NCBI GenBank assembly: GCA_965261605.1
Contig: OZ253466.1
Coordinates: 2,401,210-2,465,209, forward strand
Direction: 5' to 3'
Length of the DNA stretch: 64,000 nt
DNA from: Dehalococcoidia bacterium
Lineage (GTDB): Bacteria > Chloroflexota > Dehalococcoidia > Lucifugimonadales > UBA2985
This document shows, one piece after another, positions 34,396 through 44,114 of the stretch. Both the position numbers and the translations under genes were made by a program. The number at the start of each line of letters is the position of its first letter. The stretch's first letter is position 1. The notes under the pieces are model-generated. The model was not told the DNA's origin, made no database searches, and saw nothing but the letters and a program-made list of their open reading frames with translations.

Positions 34396-35994
34396 CTATT
34401 CCCGTTCGGGCGGCTCTTCGGGCGGCGGCTCTACAATCTCCCTGGCGTACTGGCGACGTCGAATGGAAGGGTCAAGCCGGTTCAGGAAGCGGCGCAGCAG
34501 GAGGAGAGCGCCTACACCCAACAGGATGATAGGCAGGAAGACGACCAGCCATATGGAGAGGCTCACAAGCTCTCTGACCAGCGTCGAGAGCGCCCGCACC
34601 GCCGACTTGAAGGTGTCGCCGATCTCCCAACCGCCTACCAGGAAGCGCTCGGCCTCCGTCACCCGCACGTCGATGGAGTCGGAGCCGGACACCTGGCCTG
34701 CGTCGCTCATGGCGCTGACCGTCAGCGCGGCCGTGTACGCGAAGGGGCGGTGGTCGGCAAACGCGTGCCCCTCATCTATGCGCGTGCTCCCCTCCTCCGG
34801 GTTGCCCGTGACCGTGGGAGAGCCATCGCCGAAATCCCACTGGTACTGGTAGTCCCACAGCTCTCCCGGCTTTGTGAAGGAGGCGCTGTACTCCGTCAAA
34901 GCGCCCTCCTCTACGGTCCTGTTTTCGCCGGCGAACACCGATATGGTCGGCACGCGCCTCACCGACACCTCAAGGGAATCGGAACCCTCGGCTATGCCGC
35001 CCTCGCCGGTTCCCTCCAGTGTGATGGTCGCGATGTACTCGGAATCCAGGTCCTCATTGTAGCTGCGCGTCACCGTGGCGGTCAGTCGCTCGCCGCTCTG
35101 GGTCGGTATGGTGCCGCTGCCGGCGACCGACGACCCGTCGCCGAAGTCCCAGATGTAGGTGTACTGGTCGATGCCCGGCGGGGCGACGAATGAAGCGCGG
35201 AACTTTACGGCTTGACCCACTCGCGCGGAGGTGTCCGGCCCGGCGTTCACGTCGATGGTCTGAGGGGCGAGTCTCATGCTGACCTCTATCAGAGAGAAGG
35301 CCGCGGTCTGAGACAGGAAGTTCAGCCGTCCCTGGGTCTCCTCTATCCTGAGCTGCAGGTCGGAAAGCTCCTTCTGGACTAGCAGGGCATCCTCCACGCT
35401 GTCCGACTGTTCAAGGAAGGACAGCAGCCGTTGCTCCGTTGCCCTCATGCTGACCAGTCGTGACTGGCTGTCCACGTATTCGTCGGTTACGTCCTGGCTG
35501 GTGATGGCGCGGGCCTCAACTTCGGCCATCTCCCCGATTAGTCGAAGGGCCTCATCCAGGGACGCGGCGGGCACTCTAACGGCGATGGAGCCTCTGTGAC
35601 GGGACGAGCGCTCCGAGTTGACCACCCAACCCCCCAGCAGGCTTGCCATGTCTCCCACGCGGCCGATGGTAAGGGCTACGTCGTCGGTGACCAGGGACAT
35701 GTATGCCGTATGCACGATGATGCGCTCTTGGGATGGAATCGACGGCTCCACCTTGACGTCGATTCCGTCCCCATCCGGGTCTGTAAAACCCTGTGTTTCC
35801 AGCATTTCCGGTACGGAAGTGCCTTGTGGCTGCGGGGTCGGTTCAAGAGGTGCGCCTTCTGCGCCTTCCCAAGCGCGGTCCTCTGCACCAACCGCAAAGG
35901 ATAGCTGGTTCTCGGCGGGATATTCGGCGGAACAGCCCGCCAGCGCGAAGAGAAACGTAGTCAGAATCAGGGCAGCCAGCAAGATGGGCTTCAT
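34396..35994 (-). CDS. DUF4349-like lipoprotein with two inserted PKD-like domains and a C-terminal TM anchor
   Basis: It has a lipobox LAGC|SAEY and a DUF4349-like core with a coiled coil (VDSQSRLVSMRATEQRLLSFLEQ...LQLRIEETQGRLNFL). Two YxWDFGDGS motifs (YIWDFGDGSS and YQWDFGDGSP) are present. The C-terminal TM is LSIWLVVFLPIILLGVGALLLL. Confidence 0.7.
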   Translation of the reverse strand: MKPILLAALILTTFLFALAGCSAEYPAENQLSFAVGAEDRAWEGAEGAPLEPTPQPQGTSVPEMLETQGFTDPDGDGIDVKVEPSIPSQERIIVHTAYMSLVTDDVALTIGRVGDMASLLGGWVVNSERSSRHRGSIAVRVPAASLDEALRLIGEMAEVEARAITSQDVTDEYVDSQSRLVSMRATEQRLLSFLEQSDSVEDALLVQKELSDLQLRIEETQGRLNFLSQTAAFSLIEVSMRLAPQTIDVNAGPDTSARVGQAVKFRASFVAPPGIDQYTYIWDFGDGSSVAGSGTIPTQSGERLTATVTRSYNEDLDSEYIATITLEGTGEGGIAEGSDSLEVSVRRVPTISVFAGENRTVEEGALTEYSASFTKPGELWDYQYQWDFGDGSPTVTGNPEEGSTRIDEGHAFADHRPFAYTAALTVSAMSDAGQVSGSDSIDVRVTEAERFLVGGWEIGDTFKSAVRALSTLVRELVSLSIWLVVFLPIILLGVGALLLLRRFLNRLDPSIRRRQYAREIVEPPPEEPPERE

Positions 35995-36141
35995 TGGCTT
36001 GCGCTTTCCTTACACCAGGCTATGCCCGATAATAACAATAGGGAACCCAACGGTCAATCTGCGAGCGCCGGTTGCACTCCGGTCCGCAAGCCTAACCCGG
36101 ATCTGGAGAGTCAGACCTGAAGTGAAGACAAACGCATAGCT

Positions 36142-38760
36142 ATGAGAGTAACTGCCTCGGCGAGGTTCAGCGCCTTTCTGGAGAGGCGTTCCGGCTGGAT
36201 AGTGTCCGGGGTGGGTATAGCTACCCTTCTGCTGATCTTCCCACTCATAGCTCTGGCGTCGGACGAGCAGGCCTCGACGGAGCCCGGCGGGCCTATATTC
36301 GACCTCCGAGACCTGGTGGATGAGCGCTTTCCACCTGCCTTCTATGTGCCGTCATTCATGGTGGAGTCGAAGAGTGGACCCGAGGGCGACGTTCTCACCC
36401 AGGCTGCGCTTTGGGAGTTGTACCAGAACGAGGAGGCCATGCGTAGCGCGGACGAGCGCGGGGAGCTGCGCCCGCCCAAGCTGGAGGCCCAGCCCTATCT
36501 GTACAAGGGCAACAACCCCAACACTCAGATTCCCATCCACGGCATGTACACCGTCGCCGACGCCGTTCAGTCTGTCCTGGCCCACATGGGCACAGACCTG
36601 GAACGGGCCAGTGACGAGGACGTCAAGATAGCGCTCCACTTCGTGCTGGAAGAGGGATCCCCCACCTTCAACCTCATGGAGTCCATATCGGAGAGGGCTA
36701 CGTTCACCCTGGAGGAGTCGGATAGGATTGGGCAGTACCGGCGCTGGCGTGCTCCCGCCATCATCAACTTCGTGATAGCGGAGAACGACAGGCTGGGCGG
36801 AGGCCCACGGACCATCACCGTCGGGGGCGACGAGACCGCCGTGCAGAAGGAGCACTTTGGACGAAACGTGCAGACAATCCTGAGGGGCGAAGAGCGGAAC
36901 TACAGACTTTGGGGCGTTGCAGTAGACCCAAACCTGGAGTCCCAGGATGAGGGGCGCACCACCGTACCCTTCATCTTTGCCACCGTTCTGGCCGTCCTGG
37001 TGGTAATCGGGATAAGCCTGCGCTCCTGGCGAGCGGTGCTTCTTTCCGCCATAGGGCTCGTGATGCTGATTGTGTGGCTCAAGGGTTTGTCCAACCTCCT
37101 GGGGCTCAAGGCCGGCTTGGTCGTGGAGCTGATTGTGCCCATAGCCATGATATCCCTTGGGGTGGACTTTGCCATCCACGCCCTTCACCGGTACGGCGAG
37201 GAGAGAGGCAAGGGACTTGGGCCCCGTCCGGCCCTGCGAGTGGGGTTTGCCGGCGTAATGGGCGCGCTGGTGCTGGCCATGCTCACCGACGGCGTGGCCT
37301 TCTTCTCCAACACAGTTTCCGGCATAGAGTCGATAATCGGCTTCGGTGTTGCCGCCGGCATAGCCGTAGTATCCTCCTTCATAATCATGGGAATCTGGGT
37401 GCCCCTGGTCTTCATGCGGCTGGACGCCCGAAGGGAGGGCAGGCAGGCCACCGCTGCCTCGGCATTGGAAACGGCGCGCTCTCCCGATGACGGCCCGCGT
37501 CGCAGCGCTCTCAGTCCAGAGTGGTCTATGGCAAGGCTGGCCCGGAGTCGCCTCGTTGTCCTGCCCATAGTGGCTGTGGTGACCGGCGTAGCCCTGGTCT
37601 TTGCCCTCAGACTGGAGGCCCAGCTTGACGTCAAAGACTTCTTCGATAGCGGCTCGGACTTCGTGGTGGGCCTGGACAAGCTCGACTATCACGTTGGGGC
37701 AACTCAGGGCGAGCCCGGTATCATCTACATAGAGGGCGACCTGACGTCCCCCGATTCCGTTGAGGCCCTTAGAGAGCTTCAAGACAAGCTGAAAGCCAAC
37801 CCGTACGTAGCCAAGGGCATTGATGAAGAGCCCACTCTGTACAGCTGGACTATCTTTGATTTGATGGAGCTTCTCATCGGCAGCGAGTACGCCCTCGCCC
37901 AGGTGGAGCTTGTCACGGAGCAGGCCATCACGGACTCGGATGGGGACAGAATGCCGGACACTCAGGCCCAAGTCAGAGCGGCCTTCGACTACATTGTAGA
38001 GTACGGTATTCCCTTGAACGCATCCACGATGGCTTTCACACCGGCCCAGGTGCAGGGCAGCCTCTTCCACGATCCCACCGGGCATGATCCCGACGCTATC
38101 CAGATGCTGGTTGGCCTGCCCGGCACCAGAGAGCAATCGGTGATATCCAGGGCGCGTCTGGCGGTAGAGGCTGACCTGGAGTTTCTTAAGGACGTACCCT
38201 CGATCTCTGCAGCGGGTCTCACCGGTTCTGCCTTCACCCGGGCCGCCTCCCTGGACGCAGCAGTGCGCTCTCTGCTCATATCGCTGCCTATTGCAGTGGC
38301 GGCCTGTTTCCTGGTGGCGGCGCTGTTCATGCGCTCGATACGCTATGCCTTGGTGACCATTATCCCCATTGGCCTCGTGGTGACCTGGCTCTACGCGATA
38401 ATGTACCTGCTGGGGTTTGATCTCAACTTCGTAACGGCCACCATTGGCGCCGTGTCCATTGGAGTGGGCGTGGACTTCTCCATTCACCTCACACAACGGT
38501 TCCGGGAGGAGTTGGCGCGGGATGGAGACGGTATGCAGGCGATAGAACGGGCGGCCCGGAGCACGGGCATGGCCCTCATAGCGTCGGCGTCATCCAGCGT
38601 CGCGGGATTCACCATAATGGGGTTTGCGCCGATGCCGATGTTCTCGGCGTACGGCATCCTCACCGCAGTCATGGTCTTCATGGCGGCCGCGGCGGCCCTG
38701 CTGGTGTTGCCCTCCCTGCTCCTGCTGGTGACACCGCAGAGGCGACAGTCAGCTACTTGA
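36142..38760 (+). CDS. MMPL/RND-superfamily transporter (two sterol-sensing-like 6-TM bundles)
   Basis: 872-aa ORF. An N-terminal TM is followed by a large loop and a 5-6 TM block, and this arrangement then repeats. The architecture is typical of MMPL-type exporters. Confidence 0.82.
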   Translation: MRVTASARFSAFLERRSGWIVSGVGIATLLLIFPLIALASDEQASTEPGGPIFDLRDLVDERFPPAFYVPSFMVESKSGPEGDVLTQAALWELYQNEEAMRSADERGELRPPKLEAQPYLYKGNNPNTQIPIHGMYTVADAVQSVLAHMGTDLERASDEDVKIALHFVLEEGSPTFNLMESISERATFTLEESDRIGQYRRWRAPAIINFVIAENDRLGGGPRTITVGGDETAVQKEHFGRNVQTILRGEERNYRLWGVAVDPNLESQDEGRTTVPFIFATVLAVLVVIGISLRSWRAVLLSAIGLVMLIVWLKGLSNLLGLKAGLVVELIVPIAMISLGVDFAIHALHRYGEERGKGLGPRPALRVGFAGVMGALVLAMLTDGVAFFSNTVSGIESIIGFGVAAGIAVVSSFIIMGIWVPLVFMRLDARREGRQATAASALETARSPDDGPRRSALSPEWSMARLARSRLVVLPIVAVVTGVALVFALRLEAQLDVKDFFDSGSDFVVGLDKLDYHVGATQGEPGIIYIEGDLTSPDSVEALRELQDKLKANPYVAKGIDEEPTLYSWTIFDLMELLIGSEYALAQVELVTEQAITDSDGDRMPDTQAQVRAAFDYIVEYGIPLNASTMAFTPAQVQGSLFHDPTGHDPDAIQMLVGLPGTREQSVISRARLAVEADLEFLKDVPSISAAGLTGSAFTRAASLDAAVRSLLISLPIAVAACFLVAALFMRSIRYALVTIIPIGLVVTWLYAIMYLLGFDLNFVTATIGAVSIGVGVDFSIHLTQRFREELARDGDGMQAIERAARSTGMALIASASSSVAGFTIMGFAPMPMFSAYGILTAVMVFMAAAAALLVLPSLLLLVTPQRRQSAT

Positions 38761-38769
38761 GCCATTCCC

Positions 38770-38830
38770 GCTCAGAGCCTGCCCCGTTCCCCGACCGGAG
38801 TCGGGGACAGGACTTGATACGGGGGTGAGC
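38770..38830. repeat. Family-C repeat unit with an internal hairpin, between convergent genes
   Basis: The sequence is gctcagagcctgccccgttccccgaccggagtcggggacaggacttgatacgggggtgagc. Its reverse complement shares gctcacccccgtatcaagt...ggggcaggct with 27991-28022 and with 10576-10610. The hairpin tccccgac-cgga-gtcgggga lies at 38789-38808. Confidence 0.65.
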
Positions 38831-38884
38831 GGTGTTATTCGCTATAGCAACTCACCCCAGGAATACCGCGGAATATGCATCGAA

Positions 38885-39340
38885 TCACGCTGCGTTGGTA
38901 AAGCGTATGATTAAAGGGACTATGATCGCCGTGACTGCCAGAGTCGCGATCACCCCTGCGAAGAGAAGATAGCGGACGCCGTAATTCGACATGAGGGTCG
39001 GCTCGTAATACTTGTCGACGTCGTTGTCACGGTACATGGCGACTAAGCCGCCGAGTAGTATGCGACGGGTCCGCCTGCCCAGGACCAATGCAGCCACTGC
39101 GACAACGTTGAGCAGTACCGTCATAGCGATGAACACGACCAATATGATGTCGTATGTGGCAGCATCACCCTCTATCGCGGCCTCTGTGGCCACGCCGAAG
39201 TTTATGGCAAGGACAATGAGGTTGAAGATAATGGCAGTGAGCACGAAGATGGTGTCCGTGCGACTACTCTCGCCAAGTTCGCTAACAATATGGTCATGGA
39301 CCTGATGGAGCACTTCAGTTCCTCCATTTTCTGTATTCAC
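38885..39340 (-). CDS. Hypothetical 4-TM membrane protein
   Basis: 151-aa ORF starting 4 nt after the rnc stop on the same strand. It has hydrophobic helices, and no family was recognised. Confidence 0.5.
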   Translation of the reverse strand: MNTENGGTEVLHQVHDHIVSELGESSRTDTIFVLTAIIFNLIVLAINFGVATEAAIEGDAATYDIILVVFIAMTVLLNVVAVAALVLGRRTRRILLGGLVAMYRDNDVDKYYEPTLMSNYGVRYLLFAGVIATLAVTAIIVPLIIRFTNAA

Positions 39341-39344
39341 GACG

Positions 39345-40121
39345 CTATCCTGGAGGATTGGTATAGGCAGACCCTTCCAGCGTCTTCAACGCCTCCAGCG
39401 CGGCGGCGCGCTCCCCATCCAGCTTGCGGCGCCCGGAGCCGCGGCCCAGGACACGGCCGTCCAATACGACCTCTATAGCGAACGTCTTTTCGTGGCCGAC
39501 GCTGGTCTCAGAAACGGTCGTGTAGACGGGAGCCCCTTTTCCCATGCCCTGCATAACCTCTTGAAGCCTCGACTTGGGGTCTTTGGGCGCTCCCTCTTGT
39601 ATCACCCTGTCCAGCTCCGACTGCAGCAGTCGGAGGGTGACGGTGTAGGCGTCCTCCATGCCATTGCCCAGAAGGATAGCCCCCACAACAGCTTCCAGCG
39701 CCGCCGCCAGATTGGAGTCCCGGCCGCGCCCGCCGCTGCCCTCCTCTCCCTGGCCCATGTACAGGTAGGAGCCGAGGGTTATGCCGCGAGCCACCCTTGC
39801 CAGGGCTTCGCCCCTCACCACGGACGACCGCAGCTCCGTAAGATGGCCCTCCGTCATCTGTGGCAGTCCAAGGTACAGCTCCCTGGCTGCCACAAAATCT
39901 ATAAAAGAGTCCCCCAGGAACTCAAGCCTCTGGTTGGAGGCGGCGAATTCCTGGGGGTCTTCATTAACCGCGGAGGGATGTGTGAGGGCTTGGGAGAGAA
40001 GCGTACCGTCGCCGAAGGATATTCCCAGGACTCGCTCCAGAGCCGTTAGGTCCGCTGCCACAGCGTCTCCTCCTCGGATAGCCTTTGGGACAATTCTACG
40101 CCCATCTGATAGTCGAGTCAA
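39345..40121 (-). CDS. rnc: Ribonuclease III
   Basis: The RNase III signature NQRLEFLGDSFIDFVAAREL is present, together with a C-terminal dsRBD (GPAHEKTF-like VGHEKTFAIEV). The start is uncertain. Confidence 0.9.
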   Translation of the reverse strand: MTRLSDGRRIVPKAIRGGDAVAADLTALERVLGISFGDGTLLSQALTHPSAVNEDPQEFAASNQRLEFLGDSFIDFVAARELYLGLPQMTEGHLTELRSSVVRGEALARVARGITLGSYLYMGQGEEGSGGRGRDSNLAAALEAVVGAILLGNGMEDAYTVTLRLLQSELDRVIQEGAPKDPKSRLQEVMQGMGKGAPVYTTVSETSVGHEKTFAIEVVLDGRVLGRGSGRRKLDGERAAALEALKTLEGSAYTNPPG

Positions 40122-40171
40122 AGCCGTCCGAAGCCCCGGGATAGCGCCGTGATATAATCGGCAGAGGCAAA

Positions 40172-41428
40172 ATGGTGAGGGATTCAGTGGACTTTATGCA
40201 GCTGTTGGAGGCCGGCCTCCCTTCCGGGAAGCTGGAACTTCTGAGGTCGGCGGGCCGCATTGCCCGCGACGAAGGCGTTCCCATGTACCTGGTGGGCGGC
40301 AGCGTCCGCGACATGCTGCTGGGCAGGCCCGTCGGAGACATTGACCTGGTAGTGGTGGGCGACGCTGAGACTATGGCGTACGTCGTGGCCAAGCGACTGT
40401 CCGGCCAGGTGGTGTCCCGCTCCCAGTTCTCGACAGCCAAAGTGAAGGTGGACGGCGAGTCCCTTGATCTCGTGACTGCCCGGACGGAGCGCTACAGCAG
40501 GCCCGGCGCCCTTCCTCAGATAGCCCACGGCGCCATTGAAGAGGACCTGGCGCGGCGGGACTTCTCCATCAACGCTATGGCCGTTCCCCTTCATATGGAC
40601 TCGAAGGACGGGCCGCTGGACCTCTTCAACGGAAAGGAGGACCTGCAACGCGGACTTGTCCGGGTGCTCCACGAGGTGAGCTTTGCGGACGACGCCACCC
40701 GCATATTGCGTGCCGTCCGCTACGAGCAACGACTGGGCTTCCGGCTGGAGGAGCGCACAGAGGCCCTGCTAATCGAGAACCTGCCCATGCTGGACACAAT
40801 CAGCGGCGACAGGCTGCTCAGGGAAATCCAGCGCTGGCTCGCCGAAAAGGACGCCTCCCGGATTCTCCTGCGAGCGGAGAAGCTGGGGGTGATTGCCGCC
40901 CTATACCCGGCTCTGTCCAAGTCAGGTGAGTCCGTGCGCTCTGCGATGGAAAGAAGCAAGGGGCGCATCGAGGAGTTGGTGTGGGTGGGATTGCTGGCAT
41001 ATGCCCTCACCCCCGCGGAAGGCGAAGGACTTATCGAGCGCCTGCGCCTGCCAACTCGATGGGCCAGGGTTGTCCGGGACGCCATTGCCACCAAGGAACG
41101 GATGCCCCTGCTCTCCGATGAGCACATCTCTGCAGTGCGACTATACGACGTCCTGGCCTCGTGTGAGACCGCGGCCGTCCAGGCGTGCGCTCTGGCGGCG
41201 GCCCAGGAGACAGCCCGGGCAAACCTGGCCCTGTTCCTGGAGAAGCTGCGCCACGTCAAGCCGGCTCTGGGCGGAAGGGATATCATAGAGATGGGAGTGC
41301 CTCAAGGCCCCGCCGTCGGGGAGATGCTGACAATGCTAAAGCGCGCCCGGCTGGGTGGGACCGCCGGCAGCCGAGCGGAAGAGGTAGATCTGGTACAGGA
41401 GACCCTCAAAAGCGAGGGGGCTGGTTGA
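40172..41428 (+). CDS. cca: CCA-adding enzyme / poly(A) polymerase-family tRNA nucleotidyltransferase
   Basis: The head-domain motif is PMYLVGGSVRDMLLGRPVGDIDLVV, with the RRDFSINAM motif also present. 418 aa. Confidence 0.82.
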   Translation: MVRDSVDFMQLLEAGLPSGKLELLRSAGRIARDEGVPMYLVGGSVRDMLLGRPVGDIDLVVVGDAETMAYVVAKRLSGQVVSRSQFSTAKVKVDGESLDLVTARTERYSRPGALPQIAHGAIEEDLARRDFSINAMAVPLHMDSKDGPLDLFNGKEDLQRGLVRVLHEVSFADDATRILRAVRYEQRLGFRLEERTEALLIENLPMLDTISGDRLLREIQRWLAEKDASRILLRAEKLGVIAALYPALSKSGESVRSAMERSKGRIEELVWVGLLAYALTPAEGEGLIERLRLPTRWARVVRDAIATKERMPLLSDEHISAVRLYDVLASCETAAVQACALAAAQETARANLALFLEKLRHVKPALGGRDIIEMGVPQGPAVGEMLTMLKRARLGGTAGSRAEEVDLVQETLKSEGAG

Positions 41429-41452
41429 CCTAAGCTCCCTTCAGCTAGTCTA

Positions 41453-42382
41453 TTATGTGCTGAGGAACTTGTCTCCGTTGAAATGGATCAAGTGGTCCGG
41501 AATCTCGGCGATCCAAACCTCTGTCTCCCAGGCGATGTTGTCCACATGGCGCTTGAACTGCTTGAAGTCCGGGAAAGCGGTTACATACAGACGCTTGGTT
41601 GTGCAGTTGCTGAGCGTAGCTTCTAGCTCTTCCACTCTTTTGGGACTCACGGGGCCGTGAGAAGTGACGGCTTCTATTAGGAATAGCCAGTTTCGATCCT
41701 CATCGTAGAGCATCACATCGGGTAGCTTGTCATGCTCGGTAAATGGAACGCGAAGCTCGTCAAGCTTCTCCTGGTCTATGTGAAGAAGTTTTTGAGCGGC
41801 ATCTCCCAGATACAACAGGACTGACCCAGGAGCGAACCTACTTCCGAAGTCTGTCACCACTGCGGCCTGCAGCTTGTTGTGCCTACCTGGTGAGAGGCGG
41901 ATTTCCTCGCCAGTGGAGGTGCGGACAGGAATCTCCCTCATCTGGCGTCTCCTTCGGTATACTTCCAAGAGCGTACCTTGGCTTGAGCGGAAGGCGAGGA
42001 GAGCGGCTTCCCAGGCACTGCCTTTGTAAAAACGGATTACGTTAAGTGCTTCGTCTGTGAGGCCGTAATGAGAACGAGGGCTGTTGGTGGGTAGGTCTGG
42101 ATCGTCTGGGTTGCGGTCAGCTAATCGTGCTTGCAGGAACTGGTGAATTACCTGCCGCCGTACAGTCTCTCGCGTGTTCTCCGCGTACGCCCTGCCGTAG
42201 GTCGCACCCATGAATTGCAGAATCTGGTGAATGGTGAGAGACGGTTTCGATGGACTCCTCCAGGGATCACCCTCAGAGAGTCCCGCAAGTGCCAAAAGTG
42301 TCAGGCAGGAAATATCGTTCTGTTGGGCCGGAGGCAACCCGAATTGCTCAAGTATGTCCCGCGCTTCATCTAGCTTGCTCAT
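41453..42382 (-). CDS. Type II restriction endonuclease, BsuBI/PstI family
   Basis: ATG at 42382. The product MSKLDEARDILEQFGLPPAQQNDISCLTLLALAGL...HYGLTDEAL...WLFLIEAVTSHGPVSPKR... resembles the BsuBI/PstI endonuclease family. GC is lower than in the flanks. Confidence 0.75.
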   Translation of the reverse strand: MSKLDEARDILEQFGLPPAQQNDISCLTLLALAGLSEGDPWRSPSKPSLTIHQILQFMGATYGRAYAENTRETVRRQVIHQFLQARLADRNPDDPDLPTNSPRSHYGLTDEALNVIRFYKGSAWEAALLAFRSSQGTLLEVYRRRRQMREIPVRTSTGEEIRLSPGRHNKLQAAVVTDFGSRFAPGSVLLYLGDAAQKLLHIDQEKLDELRVPFTEHDKLPDVMLYDEDRNWLFLIEAVTSHGPVSPKRVEELEATLSNCTTKRLYVTAFPDFKQFKRHVDNIAWETEVWIAEIPDHLIHFNGDKFLST

Positions 42383-42416
42383 ATTGTAACCAACGATCGC
42401 CCATCTAAGGCTGCAA

Positions 42417-44078
42417 TCAGAGGCCAAGAATCCTGGCAGCGAGAGCATCAATCTCGGTGAGGTCAGTTCGCGGTCGGAGGCGCGCAATTAAAGCTGAGCC
42501 AATGGAACGTATTTGCTTTTCGGCTGGGAGTGGCATGATCCGCAATTCCGTAGCGCTGACTTGCGTATTACCGTTGGAAAGGCGGAAGTAACGGTCTAGG
42601 AAAACGGAATTGAGAAGGGCCGCAAGTCCGTAGGCAAGATTTTCATCTAAGGCGCTCGAAACTCCGCGGATGTAATTTAGGTGGTTCTCCAGCCCCAACA
42701 TTTGTGTATTTAGACAGTGCTGAATCAAGGGCGCGGCCACGAGTCTGCGGTTCTCTTCTTTGGCACTGAAACGGCGCAACAGGACATAGGTTTCATCTGC
42801 CACTAAGAGCTTTCTTGCTCTTGTCGTATCCTTAATCCACTGGGGCTTGTTGATGCTTATTGAGGGCCATTCGACTCTCATGGGATGTACGTGATGCATC
42901 CACAGTAATGGAACTGTAGACGGCTCTGGGGCCTGTGCCAAGAGCTGCTTGGCTCTAAATGGCACCACAGGTCCAGTGGAGATATCCAAGCCAAGAGAAT
43001 GTAGTGTGTTAGGCCAAGACCTGATTTTCTGTACCAACTCCAAGTCTCCTGCGTTAGCAGGAATGCAAAGTTCCTTATTTTCACTGTTCAAGTCCATCAC
43101 AGACTTCAACCCCACCGTGAGACTTTGTCGATGTGCGAGGTCGTGAGCGCCTTTGCTGTGGGTCACTACTACTTTACCCTCATCTGGGGCTTCGCCTTCC
43201 GCCCTTTTGCGGGCTGCTATCACAAGGTTCTCTTGTAGAACGGTCTGGTTTTTGAATACATCCTTACGGGAATCGAATAGATGAATGGCGATGGGGGCTA
43301 CGCTCTCGAAGAAAACCTCTCGGAATCTCCTGAAGTAAGGCCCTGCCGCAAAGCTTCTGGGCACGATGTAGACAAGATTACCAGACTCCGATAAGAGCTC
43401 AGCAGAAACAGCCATGAACAGGGCATAAATGTTGGGTTGACCATGCACTACGGACGCTCCAGCTATCGCCCGTGGGTCATTCTTTGCTATTTTGAAGTAT
43501 GGAGGATTTGAAATCACGAGCCCAAATTCGGGGTGGTGTTTATCGGGACTATATGCGCGAACTTTGGCCTTCGATGCGCCTTGAAGGACATCAGAATATG
43601 CTAAGACGAAGTCATCGTTCATCACGTTGAATGTCATGGTGACGCCGCTTTGAGCAAGCCATTCACGCGAGAAGGCTAAGGATATACGCGTTAGGGCGGC
43701 CAGCAAATGATCCGTCTCATAGGAATCTATGTGCAGATTTCGAACTGTCCCCCTGATTGCTGCTGCCTCGCATACCGCAGCCGATAGAACGCCGGCGCCG
43801 CTCCCCGGATCCAATACCCGCAGATACGGTTGAGAATACGCAGCGCACTCTGCCATAAACCTTGCAACTAGGGCGGGAGTCAGGTAGTGTCCGCCATTCT
43901 TCCGGTCGCCGTGTTTGACGGACGACGAGTAGGCTTCTCCAAGAGTCTCGGCGTACTCCACTGGAGTGGAGCCATCAATTGGCAGAGGAATGTTTAGCCC
44001 TGTCGGGAACGCTTCGGATGTAATGTTGGGGTCCCCCGCTAAAGAAGTCCTCTTGATCGCCTGATTAGTGGTTGCCAT
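42417..44078 (-). CDS. N6-adenine DNA methyltransferase (gamma class, Eco57I/PstI-methylase-like)
   Basis: Motif I is LRVLDPGSGAGVL and motif IV is VISNPPYFK, with GGHYLTP upstream. It sits directly upstream of the endonuclease gene. Confidence 0.85.
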   Translation of the reverse strand: MATTNQAIKRTSLAGDPNITSEAFPTGLNIPLPIDGSTPVEYAETLGEAYSSSVKHGDRKNGGHYLTPALVARFMAECAAYSQPYLRVLDPGSGAGVLSAAVCEAAAIRGTVRNLHIDSYETDHLLAALTRISLAFSREWLAQSGVTMTFNVMNDDFVLAYSDVLQGASKAKVRAYSPDKHHPEFGLVISNPPYFKIAKNDPRAIAGASVVHGQPNIYALFMAVSAELLSESGNLVYIVPRSFAAGPYFRRFREVFFESVAPIAIHLFDSRKDVFKNQTVLQENLVIAARKRAEGEAPDEGKVVVTHSKGAHDLAHRQSLTVGLKSVMDLNSENKELCIPANAGDLELVQKIRSWPNTLHSLGLDISTGPVVPFRAKQLLAQAPEPSTVPLLWMHHVHPMRVEWPSISINKPQWIKDTTRARKLLVADETYVLLRRFSAKEENRRLVAAPLIQHCLNTQMLGLENHLNYIRGVSSALDENLAYGLAALLNSVFLDRYFRLSNGNTQVSATELRIMPLPAEKQIRSIGSALIARLRPRTDLTEIDALAARILGL

Positions 44079-44114
44079 GTGTAAGAAGCCTCAAGACTCC
44101 ACAGCCATTCGCGT

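Noticed and set aside
33612-34529. 305-aa plus-strand ORF spanning the ftsY 5' region and the repeat-rich spacer
   Set aside because: It translates the family-A repeats (…CHSERSEESRG…, …LTPLRCVRNDNE…). This is a typical repeat-derived artefact, antisense to ftsY.
36352-38496. 714-aa minus-strand ORF
   Set aside because: It is antisense to the MMPL transporter gene. It is His/Gly/Arg-rich with no motifs, while the plus-strand product has the expected TM topology.
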